Shown in pieces: positions 24,643 through 38,859 of a stretch of DNA of 64,000 nucleotides (the stretch's first letter is position 1; every line of letters starts with the position of its first letter). The position numbers and the translations under genes were made by a program. A model generated the notes under the pieces. The model ran no database searches. It was given only the letters and a program-made list of their open reading frames with translations, and had not been told where the DNA came from. The stretch comes from Vicugna vicugna (lineage: Eukaryota). The DNA lies in assembly GCA_013265495.1 (NCBI GenBank), contig MU058065.1, forward strand, positions 9,093,819 to 9,157,818, written 5' to 3'.

Positions 24643-27600
24643 CTCCTTATTAACCCCTCATGTCCAAACCACAGGTCCCCAGGGACTCTTGTAGATGCTG
24701 GAGCTGTTTGGAAATCCATTCACTTCAGTATGAAATATTTACTAAGCTCCTATGTTGCACTCATCAGGATAAGGATGATTTAGGGAGGCTTCTCCTTGAA
24801 GAGACACCAAATTGATGGAGAAGAAAAAATCCTCACATGAGACAAACAAAATCCTCAGCTGACATACAATAATATGCCTAAATGCCACAGGAATTCAGAA
24901 GTGTTAAAGACCAAAATGAACTGAAGTAGTCGGAAAATCCAGGAGACGTGGTTAACAAGAAGAAGTGAAGGATGAAAGAACCACATTCGGGTAGGGGCAG
25001 GGCAGTGATGTTCAGCCTACCTGAAGACGTTAGACGCTGGTGCAGGACTAGGATGGCATCCTTGTGCACAGCGAAGAGAATAACCTGAACAAAAGATGCC
25101 ATGGAAGAGTCATTAGAAACAAGGTGAGTTGGTACCAGGTCTTCTGAGAATAGCTCTTGTTCACTGCACAGGGCGACTAGGTGGCAGGATGAGTGAGGAC
25201 TGAAATCTAAACTGTCCCAATTTCCAAATGTGAACCTCAGTGCAGCACCTCCTCCAATCAGAGGAAAGGGTGCTTTTTTCTAATTTTAAGGTTCCTCTTG
25301 GGGCATCCGAGGCCCTGGGTGGGAGCTTCTGTCTCCTCCCTCTGAGTAGTCACAGCACGTCACAGTAGTCACTCTGCATGTCCGACCCAGATTCTTTGGG
25401 GAGAGAACCACCGCGGGGAGAGGTGGGTGAAGACATTTGAAGGTGTGTCACCTGTGAACCATCAGCATTTCCCTCCTGGGCTACTGTGAAAAATGAGGGT
25501 AAAGGAAAGGGATGGAATTTGTCATTATGGTTGAGGAAGCAGAGTAGGTGAGGGAGATGGACCTGGTAAGGCTTTAGGTGACCATTTTGCTGGAACCCCT
25601 TGGAAGTTCAGCCCTAGCACCCAGTGGTCTGCATATCAAAAAGCCATACATTGAAGAACGGCCCTAAATCCAGTGCTGAGACTTCAAAGGCCAACTAGGG
25701 CAGGAAGAGAATGAGCTTGTGGAGAACTTTTATAACAAATACACGAAAACCTGTTTTCACTTGGAAAATCTTTCAGGAGAAGCTGTAAATCTGGATTTTT
25801 AAGGGAAAAAAATCTCCTGAATTTTATTTGTTGGTGTAATTCAAAAAGTTTAACCCCTTACATATACACCCCCCAAAACACAATGTGGATTTACAGTGTT
25901 CTAACCAAAGAACACACACCTGCAGGCCTGAATGCTACTAGTGTGCCTTCTCTGCTCTACAGCAGTATTTCCCAGCCCTCATCATGCTAAACACCAGTTT
26001 CATTATCCTCCCCAACAAGGAAGAGGAAGGGAAGTGGGAGAAGAGAAGAGCCAAGGAAACACCACCCAATTTGGCAACAAGGACGAATGTCAGTGTTTTG
26101 GAAGACATGCACTGAAACGGCTACTTTCTCGCCCCTTCTCAACCATCAGGGTGATCTTAGAAGAATGAGGCAACCCGTGCAGATTTAACCGGTTGGAGCA
26201 ACAGTTTTGTATGTAGTTTCACCATCAAAGTTTCAGACCAGTATCCTTATTTGGAGATTTGGAGATTATGAGAGTTGTTACAACAAAAACCTCTATCATA
26301 TCTTCACCAGCTTGGGATTCTTTGCTTAAAAAAAAAATCCCTAAAGCAAATAAGCACCTGTAACAAATACCTGATTTGTGGGAAAAAACTGTCATGAGAA
26401 GGATATAGCATTGTTCTTTTCTATATGTAGAAAGTACCAATGCTCAGGCAGTCCCAAACCAGAGTAAGCTAGAGGAAACTAAACTAAATTAGATGCCTCC
26501 GTGGAAGGTGATCTGTGACTGTCTGTGGCTCCACTGGGTGTGAAAATAATGAACTAACTCTTAACAGCGAAGGGTTGCTCTGGGGCGGAAAGTCTAACCC
26601 ACAATTCAGAGCACCGTTTTTAATGGAAAAGCACTATTTTAAGGACGGCCAGTCCTATTACCTGTGTCTTTCTACTTGGTGAAATTGTAACGGTTTTCTC
26701 TTCCTTATCCCATGTGATGGCTAGGACATGAAAGAAGCACCAGAGGGCACTATTCTCACAGGGAAACCAACTCACAGGGCGACTGAAGATGGAGGCGTCA
26801 TCGGAGTTTACCCATGAGCGTTCCTTTTGCGTTTAAACGAGACGAGTGTTATTCTCCAGGCCTTTGTCACCTGTGATTGAGTAAGAGCCTTGTCCCTGAG
26901 ACATCACAGGGTATGCAGAATTAGTAAACCCGACCCACTGACTTGCTCTATGGCTACAGAGAGTGTGTTGGATGGTACTTTACACCAGGCTGGTTGTGGG
27001 GGGAGGAAGCCGCAATGAGAACAGCAAGATGCAGGTCAGAGAGTTGTGGGGATTTGTTCTTGGCTTTGCTTAACCGGAATACCTGAATGGTGGCGCTGTC
27101 GGATTCATTCCTAGGTGAAATCTGAGCCAGGAATGTGGTCAATTTAGATAAAAATCTTTGTTTGCTCTTTATTTACTCAGGTTTTCAAGCTTACATCATG
27201 GAGTGGTAATGCCAGAGATCAGCAATCTCCTGCCTGTCCATGTCGCCACCCCAGAAGCATTTTATCTAAGCAAAGATGGTGTGCTTGCTTTGCAAAGGCA
27301 CTTCCAAGAAAAGCCCCTTGGCTGTCCCGTCCAGGTAAGGTGCTGCTTTTAAGTTCTCTCTTTATGGAAATTCTAGTGCCACTCCCGCTTGTTGGCTGGT
27401 CGGTTGGCTTTTCCAGAGAACTTTCCCTAATAATGCAACTCACTTGTCATATAAAGGCAAGGCCCCTGCAGTCACCTCCTCATTTGTTACAAGGGGTAGT
27501 AAAAAGCACAAGGAAATTACAGGGGTAGCAGTCATCTTTATCAAGTGTTGCTTGATATAAAAGATTAATTAATAAAAATAACATTCATTCTCACAAATAC

Positions 27601-29199
27601 TGAGATCCGTGGTAATGTACCAAAGAGCTGTCTATTCAAACTCCCTTTTAGATGGCATTCAGCCCGAACAGTCTCTCAGGTTAGAGAAGCTTGTCAGGTT
27701 TGGCCGTGTCAGAAGCAGCCAGTCAATCAGATGTAACAGGAAGCTTCGACATGATAGCACAGTGGTAACTTGTACCGTACGTGTATTGTCTGCTCGCCCG
27801 CGCTCTGCCATGCTGCCCCATCGTAAATGAGGTGCCTGGCTTAACTGGGATATCCTCTAAAAATATTTCAACTGAAACAGAGGCTGACATCAGCAGGGAA
27901 AGCTGTGTTCCCTGTGTTGGTATTCCTAAATTCCTATGCCATTTGCAGAGAAAGCCACTGGATGCTGCTTAAGGGTGATGACAATGGATGGCATACAGTG
28001 GTGGGCAGAGGGTGAGAAAGTGATGAGATCACCCAGTCCACCCGTCTTTCCAGCAAAGGGCAGAGTCCCCAGGTGGAGAATCTAACACTTCATATAAGGC
28101 AAAGGGCCAAGTGGTTAGAACTACACTGGCTTCGTTGTGTTGTCGTCTCTGGCAATGCTGACAGCACCCGATGTGTTTTAGTTGGCTGTACTCATGCCCT
28201 ACTTAATTCTTCAAATGGGAGCTTCCAACAGTGCTGCTCTCTTCTTGGGAGATAACCAATGGAGGAAATGCTATCTGGTGAAAGATAATTAACTACTGTA
28301 AATGATGTCTGCGCAAAACACAAGGTCAGGTTACACACAGAACGCCTTGACCAGACCAGGCCAATGAGGGGAAAATCCTAGACAGTTCTCCCATCTACAC
28401 AGTCCTTCACCTTTGTGGACGGTGTTGTGTAAACTCCAGCTCAGAAAGGGCTATTGTTTCAGGCTTATTTATTCACCTGGTTGAATTTACTCAATAGCAC
28501 AGCTGAAATGCCTGATTTCTCACCCTCTAGGCTTTTGGTCCTTTTACTAACTGGAGAGTCTACCTTGTTCTTGCGTGTAATTTCTTCTTACAGTCAAATA
28601 CATATATGGCTAATTCAAACTCTCAAAATGCATTTTATGAGCTGGAGGCGGGAGGCTAGAGCCCTCGGGATTGGCTGTCAGATTCTCACTGCAGTTTGGG
28701 CTTTGTTGTGAAGAACGCAGTCCTCTCAATCCAGTCACTTTGCTCCCCGTTAGTCACACGTGCTTTTAGACTCACGGTGGGACCAGAATGGCCAGTCAGG
28801 ACACTCCATCTCTCTGACTCTCTTTGGGATCGTGAGTGGTAAGGACCATGTAAGCCTGGAACTTTCAGTGGCCTCTTCCCCTGTTTGTGGAAGATGTTAC
28901 TCAACAAAGCCAGCGTGTGTCCCTGGATCTCGTTGTATCTGAAGCCCTGGACCCCTGGCCTTTTCAGTTTACCTAGGAAATGAATACCTTTTTTTTCCCT
29001 TAAGCAACCTGGAGTTGAATTTCTATTAGAAGCAACGTGATTGATAGACCATCAAAATAGCACCACACTATGGATGAGAAATAAGGACAGAGAGCCCCAG
29101 AGAGAGAACAAGTTGTTTATAATGGTTGTTTATAATGAAACTGTATTCAAACTTACAAGGAGTATGACTTACTTCACAGTGAACTCGCTGAATTGGTTA

Positions 29200-29310
29200 A
29201 AGTTTTGCAGGTTACATCTGTTATTCTTTAACATTTCATGGAGGACTGAGGAAGTGCCAGCACACTGGGAAAAAAGCCAACATACAAAAAGGCTTAGTTT
29301 TGAAAATTAA
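29200..29310 (+). mobile_element. L3/CR1 ORF2 fragment
   Basis: Peptide SWRTEEVPAHWEK resembles the CR1 ORF2 motif SWRTGEVPEDW. Confidence 0.5.
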
Positions 29311-32300
29311 AGACCTGTAAGCTCAACTTTTATAGCAAGGGGAAAAATTGCCACAGTGAATAATGTGTCTAGAACAAAATATTGACTTTACTTGAACTAC
29401 ATTTTCTCCAGACCTATCTAATATTTTAATCTATTGACGAATGATAGGTAAATTCTATCTGTGTGTCAGAGCTGGGATCACTGGTGCAAAGTATACAGCC
29501 AACCCGAAGAAGCCAGGACAAGACGAGGGGTGTCAAGGTGGGAGGAAGCAGGGTGGAGACCACAGCTGGGGACATACCTTATACCAGGGCCTAAAACCAA
29601 GGGGATTAAGATAATCTAAGTTATTGTACCATTTTCTGTTCCTTAAAAAATTGAATTTCCAACCACAAACCTATAAAGACCTATAAAGTTCCTTTGAGAT
29701 CCTCTGCCCACTACGCAAAGAACTGTCACTAGATGACTGTTTTGTACAGTATTATTGATTTATTCATTCTTCATTCATTCACTCACTCAGTCACCAACCA
29801 CTTATTAAATGCCTTGTTTTTGCAAGGCACCTTATGAGGTGTAAAGAAAATAAAAATGATGAAGAGCTGGTGAAGTTTCTCCCCGATGAGAACAGCTGCA
29901 TCCACGGCAGGGAGCAGTCTGATTCTGATCTAATCAGCACTGACTTTTCTATTTAAAAAATTATCAAAAGAATAACAATGAAGATGGAGCTAAGTCCTGG
30001 TTACTTTTTTCCATTACTTTGAAGATTTGGTGTAAACTAGGGCAAAAATTCCCCCGCCAATATTCTTAAAACAGCTTTTTAAATTATGACTTGGCTTCAT
30101 TTTGACTTTTTAAGCTTACAGTTTACAGTACATTCTAGTTTTGTCTATAAATCCTGGATTTCTGACTGTTCTACATACTGTGTCATAGTTTCTATATATT
30201 GCTAACCACTGCTCTGCTTTTACCAATGAAAAGGGCTGTTTAATCTGCAACTTTGTTTTTGTCACGGTCAAAAGTAAAACAAACATAAAACAAAACACAT
30301 GGAGAAAAGATATTTCAGTCTTTTCACTATTTACTTCTATTTTTACTTCCCTTGTAAGTTAGTAAAGTGTTATTCTTGAAAGCATGTTTCTCATCACTCC
30401 CACTTTCTGCGGCTTTCCATTATTACAGATGTTCTTTTGCAAAGTAACTCATTAAATAAGCTTCATTTAAAAATCTCTGACAAGCTCCTATCTCTTAAAT
30501 GAACTCTCACTTTTCTCTTATGAACTTAATGTAAAACATCCAATTTGAATACATTTCAAGCAGTTACTAAATAACTTCCTCATACCTGTATAGAGATGTC
30601 TGTACAAGATGAATCAGTAGGTGGTTTATTTATTCATCTATTAATTCAGTAAATTACTGAGAACCAACACTGAACAATGAGCTGAAATAGGTTAAAGCCA
30701 GGTAAGATACCAACTTGTATAAAACTGTCCCTGCCATCAAATTCGATCCTAATTGCTGAAAGAGACAAATTATAGTATTGAATATCTCAACTCAAGGTGA
30801 TTTGTGATTCAGATTGGGTCGTCTGAACAAACTAAGGAAGACTGGGTGGAGAATATGAACCCTAAATGGTGTTTAGGATTCTTCATAAGGACTGGGAGAA
30901 GACATTATAAATGATGAGAAAGGTGTGAATATAGGCTGATTAGAGAGGAAAACATAGTATACTTAGGGAAAGTCAATCAAGGCTTATTGGCAGAAGCAGA
31001 CACTTCACGTTGGCAAATAGAAGTGGATGAAGCCAGTGAGTAGTGAAGGGGCTGAGGTGTTTTGAATGCCAGGCTCATGATTTGGAGTATTTCTCTGGCC
31101 CAGTTGGCCTCCCCAGACCAATTTTATTCTCAGCCACTCCAAGCCATCCTCAGAACTGTTGCCAAAGTGATCTTCTTAAAAGACGCAGTTAACACGTAAT
31201 TCTGTTGAAGATTTCTCAGTGGATTTTAGAGGGGTGGGGATCCATAAGCCCACTCAAGTATGGGCGTCTATGTAACTAGCCACAAATGAGCACCGAGACT
31301 AAGCTTCCCTCTGGCTGAGTGTGACTCGCTGGGTCCCAGTGACCCTTGTAGGCAGCTGGGTGAACAGAACCCCTCTTCAGCCCAAGCAATAGTCTCAGAC
31401 AGAGGTGAAGAACTAGTGCCTGGAAACCCACTCTGCCACGGCCAGTAGGCTGAGAGATGTCTCTGGGGACCAGCTGAGTTCCTGGATCACTTACAGAATG
31501 GAACTTGATGTTGTAGACTTACTGAACTCAAACGAACCTCCATACAAGTATGTCAAATTCACATTGTAAATGTATTTAATCCCAGCAAAATAACACCCAT
31601 TGTATTACATTTATACTGTTAATTTGAATTTTATAGATTATATTTTCATTTGAATTCAATTTTTAAAATTTGCGTTGTATGTGGTGGAAAGGAGGGATGG
31701 ATATATAGCCTAAGGGATGTCTACCTGGTTTTATGTGTGTGTATTTAAGTAGCCTTATGATAAAACTAATTTCAGTAAACACTGAATTTCACACAATTTT
31801 TTACTTTAAATGAGTTGTGTGCATTACCCAAGTAGGGGAAATAGTATTATCTCATTTAGTCTTAAAATTACCTCTGCAAGACACATTATTATTATAAATG
31901 AGGAGACTGAGAGTCAGAGGGTTCAAGTAACTTATGCAAAGTCAAACAGCAGTTAAGCGGCCGAGCTGAGATTGTAACCCAGCTCTGTTTGATGCTAATT
32001 TCTCTACACATGCAGATTCGAGAGTCATCTTCAGAGACGTGAGAGTACAATTTGTGAATGACAGTTGCGAGACATAGAAGCAGAGAGGTACAAGGACCTA
32101 GACTCATCTGCAATACCTATTTCCAGGCTGCATCACTTCAAAAGAAAACTATGGATTATGGTCTTACTAAAGCAAAGATTTCTATTTGATGAATTTTTAA
32201 ATGTCCTCTCATCCCCTTAAGTCCATGTCCCTTACCGGATTTCCACTTCTCCCTGAACATTGCACTTTCAAGAGGTAAGTGGAAACAGTGAGGACGTCTT

Positions 32301-34111
32301 TCAGATTTTGAAGGAAATGTCTTTTATGGTGATGGGTGCCTGTTTCCCCAAACACCAAAAGCAAGTACCAGTTACCGTTTCCACTGCCGCTGCTATCAAA
32401 AACAAATAACAGCAACAAAAGCCAACAAAATTTGGCTCTAGTCTGCTCAAAGTTTAAACCAGATCTGTGCTTGGTTTCCCAGGCCAAAGTGGGAGATGCA
32501 GTTAATTGGGTTTTTAAGTCCTTCATAGCGATAAAGAACAATGGAACAGAGTGCTTCAAAATTAAACCCATGCATTTGGTAGAAAACGGCTCCAGCTCCT
32601 GCTTGATTACTACTAGGCATTCTGCTTCTCACGTGCTTGGGGCAAACACAGAAAACCCCACAGGCATGGGTGGAGAGAGGCTTTCCCTTACAGGATGGAA
32701 AGGAGCAGCATCCAATGGCGTTAGGATCCCCGTGATTCTGGACACCATCAAAAGCCAGGGCTATGGGGGTTCTCATTTCTATAGTGTCACAGGGAGCCCT
32801 TTTCTCTTCCAGGAATCCTCTGCAGAGGGAGAGGCTGTGTAGAACTTCCCTGAATGTAATGAGTGTCAGCACATTCCCAGCTAGACCACGCGTTCCATTC
32901 TTATCAAACGAAACTGACCTCTGCTCCGGCTTGTTCTCTGTGTTCATCACTGTGATTAATTTCAAGTTCTCAGTCATGCAGGTTTAAGATGGAGCGCCCA
33001 GGCCACTCCAGATGACAAATATATACCTCTGGAATCTCCTTGCCTTTATGGAGAGGTCGTGCACTAGCTTACAAGAATGAGGATTTTAAGAATAGTTGGC
33101 TGCCTCTCAAGTCTGCGTCCTACAAAATGCTCTGCCCAGGCTAGCCTCTCTCCTTTCAGTTGGCAGAGATCCGCCCCTTCCTACTCATTTTTCCATCGAA
33201 TACCAAGTGACTCAAGTGGGAGTCAGGACCCAAATGAAAGTGTTTAGCACATAATTCAAGATTCTAAAGTATTTTTTCAGCCAACAGAAGCAACCAGAAT
33301 TCATGAAAGTCCTCAGATTGACGTTCAGTGGGCCCCTGAGCCATGCTCAGCCACTAGACTTGCACGCTAATTGCCCTGATACACGCTACTGAGCTTCCTC
33401 TAGTGAACAAAACCCTTGTTCCATTCGTCACCGCTGTCGGAGGGAGCAAAGAATACAAACTAAAAGCTGGTCAGAACTTGTTCTTTGCATGTGTATTTCT
33501 GCTTCAGAACGATTGTTTGAACTCAGATTTCCCCCAAGCTTTGTTAGAGGCTCTAAGCGGTTCAGGTCATGGAGAAGGGATTAATTCATGTTTCCATCTT
33601 TTTTCCGTTTTCAAAATTAAGTCTTCTTGTGGAGGCACTTTCTTAGGATTCAAAGTAAAAAGGAAAGAAATTGTTCTTATGGGCAGCTGGGGACCCAAAT
33701 ACCCACGTGGACAAGTGCTTCTCCCCACCTGCTTTTCCCTGCTTCCCAGGACTGTCATCTCCAGCAGCTTTGGGAGAAATCTCTTTGGAGCATCCGGAGG
33801 GTCTGTGGATGCAAAAGTGGATGAAGACAAGACACTGAAAATCCAGGAGCAGAGTCTGGGAGTACAGAATCCTAAATATGGCTGGCTCTCTCCACCCAGC
33901 GATACCCTGGCTCTCAAATGATTGCTTTCTGATCACTGCAGTCCCCCAGGTCCAGTCAGTGACAGCACACGCCGGAGTGCCTTCTGCGTCCCGGGAAATC
34001 AGAAACAAACAGAAAGGAGCACTTCTCTTTAAGGAGCTCACGGTCTAGTGGGCTAGGAAGAAGCTACCACTGCCTGTAAGAGGTGAAAAAGCATCACTGA
34101 GGTGACTTTTG

Positions 34112-34230
34112 TAAGTTTTAAAATTTGTTATTTATTTTTATTTTTTTACCAGAGGTATGGGGGATTGAATCCAGGACCTCATGTATGCTAAGCAGGTGTT
34201 CTACCACTGAGCTATACCTGCCCCCTCACC
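34112..34230 (-). mobile_element. vic-1-type SINE
   Basis: GATTGAATCCAGGACCTC..CTACCACTGAGCTATACC, with TSD TCACTGAGGTGA(C/T)TTTTG on both sides. Confidence 0.88.
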
Positions 34231-34701
34231 TCACTGAGGTGATTTTTGAGGTAGGTTTTCAAGGCTGAGTAGGAGCTTGCCAAAAACAAAGGAGAAGACT
34301 GAGAGAGCTTTTACAAAGGTAAGGGCCCTAGTTGCTGTGAGATCTGGAGGAGGCAGACGTCAGAGATGAGGCCAGGCAGACAGGGTCAGGTCAGGAAGGC
34401 TATCGTCTCATAAACTGAGGGATGAGGTGGTGTGATGAACAGCAGTGGGGGGGAAGACTTGGGGTCGGAGGATTTTAGGGGGAGAGACGAGATGTGAGAT
34501 TTGTGACTTAGTCTCAGCAAGCGCTGATGAAGGCTGGGACAACAGCATTGGAGGGGAAAAAGTCACATTTCAAAGATTTTTTTGAGGTGGAAATGACAAG
34601 ACTGGATGTGGATGAGGAATGAGAAGTCCTCAGAGTTTCTAGTTTGGGGGACTAGGCTGATGATGGCATGGTGGCAGATCTGAAAGAAGTTCCTCTCTCC
34701 C

Positions 34702-34732
<31 letters not shown>

Positions 34733-35064
34733 CTCTCTGTCTGCCTGTTCATCTCTCTTTGTCTCTCTCTTTTTCTGCCTCTGTCCTTTCTGCTGACCTG
34801 TATTTCTCTGTGACACTCTATCTCTGTCTTCCTCTCTTGTTTGCTCAGCTTCTCTCTACACGGCAGCTTCGTTCTCTCTCTCTCTAAGGACCAACTTCTT
34901 CACCACCCACATCTGCTCTGCTCCCTGGTCACTTCAGAGAACAGGTGCCTTTGACTTTCCACAACCCTTGTTCAATCCCATGAAATTCTGTCACTTTCCA
35001 TTCCCTGCACATGATAAAATTCATCCGATGTTTCTTCAAATAGGACCTAACTAGATGAGCTCTT

Positions 35065-35262
35065 CTTTCTGTGCTGGTTCAGAGAGTTATTTACCCTAGA
35101 TACTTACCAGAATCAGCTGAAGAGCTTTTTAAAAAAAACCCAAGCATGGGCCCACCCTGGACCCCCTGACTCAGAGTCTTTGGGGATAGAAAGCAAAGCA
35201 TGTGTATTTGTTTTAAAATTCCAGGGGTGATGCTGATTCCCAAAACGGACTGAACCCACTGC
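35065..35262. mobile_element. MER5A-like hAT-Charlie element
   Basis: AGAATCAGCTG...GGGCCCACC...CCAGGGGTGATGCTGAT...GAACCCACTG layout. Confidence 0.6.
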
Positions 35263-37415
35263 CATCGGCGACAAGTCACAGGTTATGGTTCAAAGTGCAG
35301 ACCTTGGGTCAGGTGCTCATACTTATCCCAGTTTCAGCTGGAGAGGAAAGAGCTGGGGCAGAGAGGAGCAGGGTGTACAAAGCATGACCTTCCAGGGGCT
35401 GGTAGTAGCAGGCTCCTGAACAGGCTGTGGTCATACAGGCACGGTGAACTGTGTTTGCTTTGGGAGTCTTGGGAGAGTAAAATGTTAAAGCATAGTTTAC
35501 GGGGCCTTCTCATGGGTTCCGTGGTAGATGGCAGAGGAGGCCTCCTCTAATCTAAATGGGAGGAGTCGGTGAGGGAAAGCTTCCTGGCCAGGTGACACCA
35601 GAGCTGAACCTTGGGGGAGCATTAATGATCGTTCTGGTGACAAAGATGAGAAACAGGACCACAGGCAGAGGAGAACAGCATATTCAAGGCACAGACAGAG
35701 ATTTAGGGCCAGGATGGCATGATAAGCCCACACTTTGAGAATCCTCTGCCTCCCTTTCCCAAACCTGCAGCAATAGCTCAGGAAGCTCCTCAAATTCTTT
35801 ATTCTGGGAGGGAGTTAAGTTTCTGGCGGAACTTGAAAGGGTGTTCAAGCCAGAACAGGATGAACTGTGAGAGGGCGCTGGGAGATGAAACTGAAGAGGT
35901 GTGCTGAGGCCTGATGTTGAAGCTTCGTGGTCAGTTCATTAGAATGGTGGCTTCCGTTTAGTAAGCCACTGCGTGCCGGCACTTCGTGTGCATTATTTCA
36001 TTTAATTTTCACAGAACCCAGAAAGTCCATGTTACTGTACTCATGTTGTACCCAAGGAAACAGAGCCTCAGTAAACTTTACTTACTTGTCACGGCCAGAA
36101 ACCTAGAAAGTGGCAAAGCTGGATTTTGAACCTAATCATTCAAGTTCTCTGCCTTAAATTTAAAAAAAAAAAAAAAAGGAGGAGGAGTGTGGGAGGAGTG
36201 CTATATTTGGAAATGAAAGAAAAAAAAGAGACAAATGTTTATGTGGCTTACGATGTTGCCTGTCAGGGTCATTTCAGCACTCAAGTGGTTTAAGGTATTC
36301 ATAATCATATCTGTAGAGATAAATGCTATAAATATTCTGTATCCTATATTTTTGTTCTTTTCAAACATTTAAGCTGTTTTCATTAAGCAGAAACTGGTGT
36401 GGATGCCCAGAATGTAAAATCAATGAAAGAGGGGCATCTCAGGGTGTTTGGAGGTGGCAGGTCGAAGAGTCATCAGCATCCTTCTGTCTTTCCTCTCAAC
36501 CGTTTCCCCAAACCTCAGGGACTCTTCGGCTCTAGGTTATGGCCAAAGAATTTTTAGAATCCTCAACATTTGTCTACATACTGCTCAAGCAAACAAATGC
36601 CATGTGTGGGTGACAGAGGTGCATCTTTGCCAAGGTGGGGTGCTGTGGCCATGCAGGAGGGCCCTGGCCACCTGGTGGACCCACTCTTGTGTTGTCATGG
36701 GTGCTCCTGTGACCTAGAGGAGGATGGTACCAATCACATACCTAGTTTAATGCCTACCAGCAGGGCAGCCACCTACTTAGAGAGGTCCTGACTTTTTATC
36801 CTCAGAGTCACAGAAGCAAACAGTGAGGTTAAACCTTACTTTGGATCGGAGATTGCTGAAACTGTTTTGGGTGGAATCCCCAGTTTGTCACAGCAAATGA
36901 TAAAGTCACCCAGGGATAATGCCCTGTTGCTGGCTCTCTTTGCTCATTTTAGGATTTTTTCCCAAGGAGTGGAGGGCAGAAAGCATCATAAAGTAATTCA
37001 CACCTATTCAAACATAAATTACTTCATTGCCAGTACAAACCACTCTTAAATCCCTGCTCATTTTGGGGAATAAGGATGGTTTTAGCACAGACCACTGTGG
37101 TGGCCAGTGGCCTGGTTTGCTGGGATGGAAGAGTCTCTGAGGAGTGGGATTTTCAGAAAGTCCTAGGAAAATCAAAACAAATTGGTCACCTTACCACAGC
37201 TCAACACATCACAAAACTTTAGGGTGTTAACTGACCACATTTAGGGCCAGATGCTTTAGAGTTCAAAAAGAACAGATCACTTTTATGCATTTTAAATGTA
37301 TGATTTCACAACTAAGTCAAAGAATTTATGTTGCAAACTCAATACATTCATTGTCTCAATGCAAAGAAACAATTTTATAATCCAATTAAATACGTACGAA
37401 TGTTCACTTACTGCT

Positions 37416-37769
37416 TGTGATTGTTAATTTTGTATGTTACATGGCTAGGTCATGGTACCCAGATATTTGGCCAAACATTATTCTGGATGCTTTCGTGAAG
37501 GTATTTTTAGATAAGATTAACATTTAAATCAGTAGACTGATGTAGACCACCTGCCACGAGGTGGGTGGGCCTCACCCAATCAGTTGAAGGACTTAATAGA
37601 ATAAAGACAGATGTCCTCTGATGAGGAATAACTTCTGCCAGCAGACTGCCTTTGGACTCAAATTGCTACTGTTCCCTGGGTCTTCAACCTACCCTGCAGA
37701 TCTTGAACTTGCATCTCCACAGTTGTGTGAGCCAATTCCTTAAAATAAATCTCTCATCTGTATCTCTCC

Positions 37770-37824
<55 letters not shown>

Positions 37825-37861
37825 CCTATTCTGTTTCTCTAGAGAAACCTAACAAATATAC
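37416..37861 (+). mobile_element. MLT2-like ERVL solo LTR containing (CT)n(CA)n microsatellite
   Basis: TGTGATTGTTAATTTT..CCCAGATATTTGGCCAAACATTATTCTGGATG..GTGGGTGGGCCTCA..CAATCAGTTGAAGG..TCTGTTTCTCTAGAGAA. Confidence 0.85.
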
Positions 37862-38605
37862 CGCTAATACACAATTTAAGTCCTATCTTCCAAATAACTA
37901 GTTTTATAATTACCAGAAATAAAAAAAAAGTCTTACTAGAAACTAATAACCTGATAAAGTTGCTTGTTTGGACCTTAGAAATTTAGAGGGATTGTCTAGC
38001 ATAGACCTAGGATTCATCCCATAGATATTTATTGAGTCCTCCTATAGTTCATCATACCCTTGTATATTTTGAATAAAAACTCATTTACTACATGAGCAGA
38101 AACTGCAGGAGTAGTGGGTAGGGAGATCTGTACAGCTATCCAGCTTAGTTCATTGAATCTTGACTTGTCACATAGACTGGATTTTTCTTGATTCTTTGGG
38201 TTCATTGTCTTTACTTTCTAAGCCTCAAGTACATCCCATTCCATGGCCACCTGAATGGCAATCCACTGACTTATCAGTAGAGATTCCAATGACAAAGTTC
38301 TAGTATTCCTTTCTCTTTCTCTTCAATTCAGATTTAAACAAGCTAACAGGTATTTATTTTCCTCTTGGAAACTCCCCACATTGCTTTTGTGAGATCTTCT
38401 GAGAATAAAAGTTTAAGTTTTCTTCCTTTTACCCTGTACCACTGTCATTTGTGTGTTGTGTGTGTACACACACACCCATTTGAGTTTTTATTTAACAGAA
38501 ACAAAACTACAGAAGTCCCCTTTTCTACATTCCACACCTTGGTTCTGAGGTGGCTGATCTAGCTGACAGAAGTCTAGTCTTTCCTTCATGACTCTGTACA
38601 TCTTG

Positions 38606-38859
38606 TCTGTTTTTTGGGGGGGCAGTAATTAGGTTTTTATTTATTTATTTTTAAATGGAGGTACTGGGGAATGAACCCAGGGCTTTATGCATGCTAAGCA
38701 GGCACTCTACCACTGAGCTATACCTTCCTCCTCTCAATTTTTTTTTGGGGGGGGTGGATATTTAGGTTTATTTATTTATTTATTTGGAGGTTCTGGGGAT
38801 TAAACTCAGGACCTCATGCATGCTAGGCATGTGCTAAACCACTGAATTATACCCTCCCC
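38606..38859 (-). mobile_element. Two tandem vic-1-type SINEs
   Basis: Two complete heads and tails (~38610-38732 and ~38736-38859) inside one outer near-TSD CTGTACATCTTG/CTGTATTTCTTG. Confidence 0.85.

Noticed and set aside
32336..33921. 168-176-aa ORFs as novel proteins
   Set aside because: Non-ATG or weak starts, overlap on both strands, no recognisable domain or exon structure.
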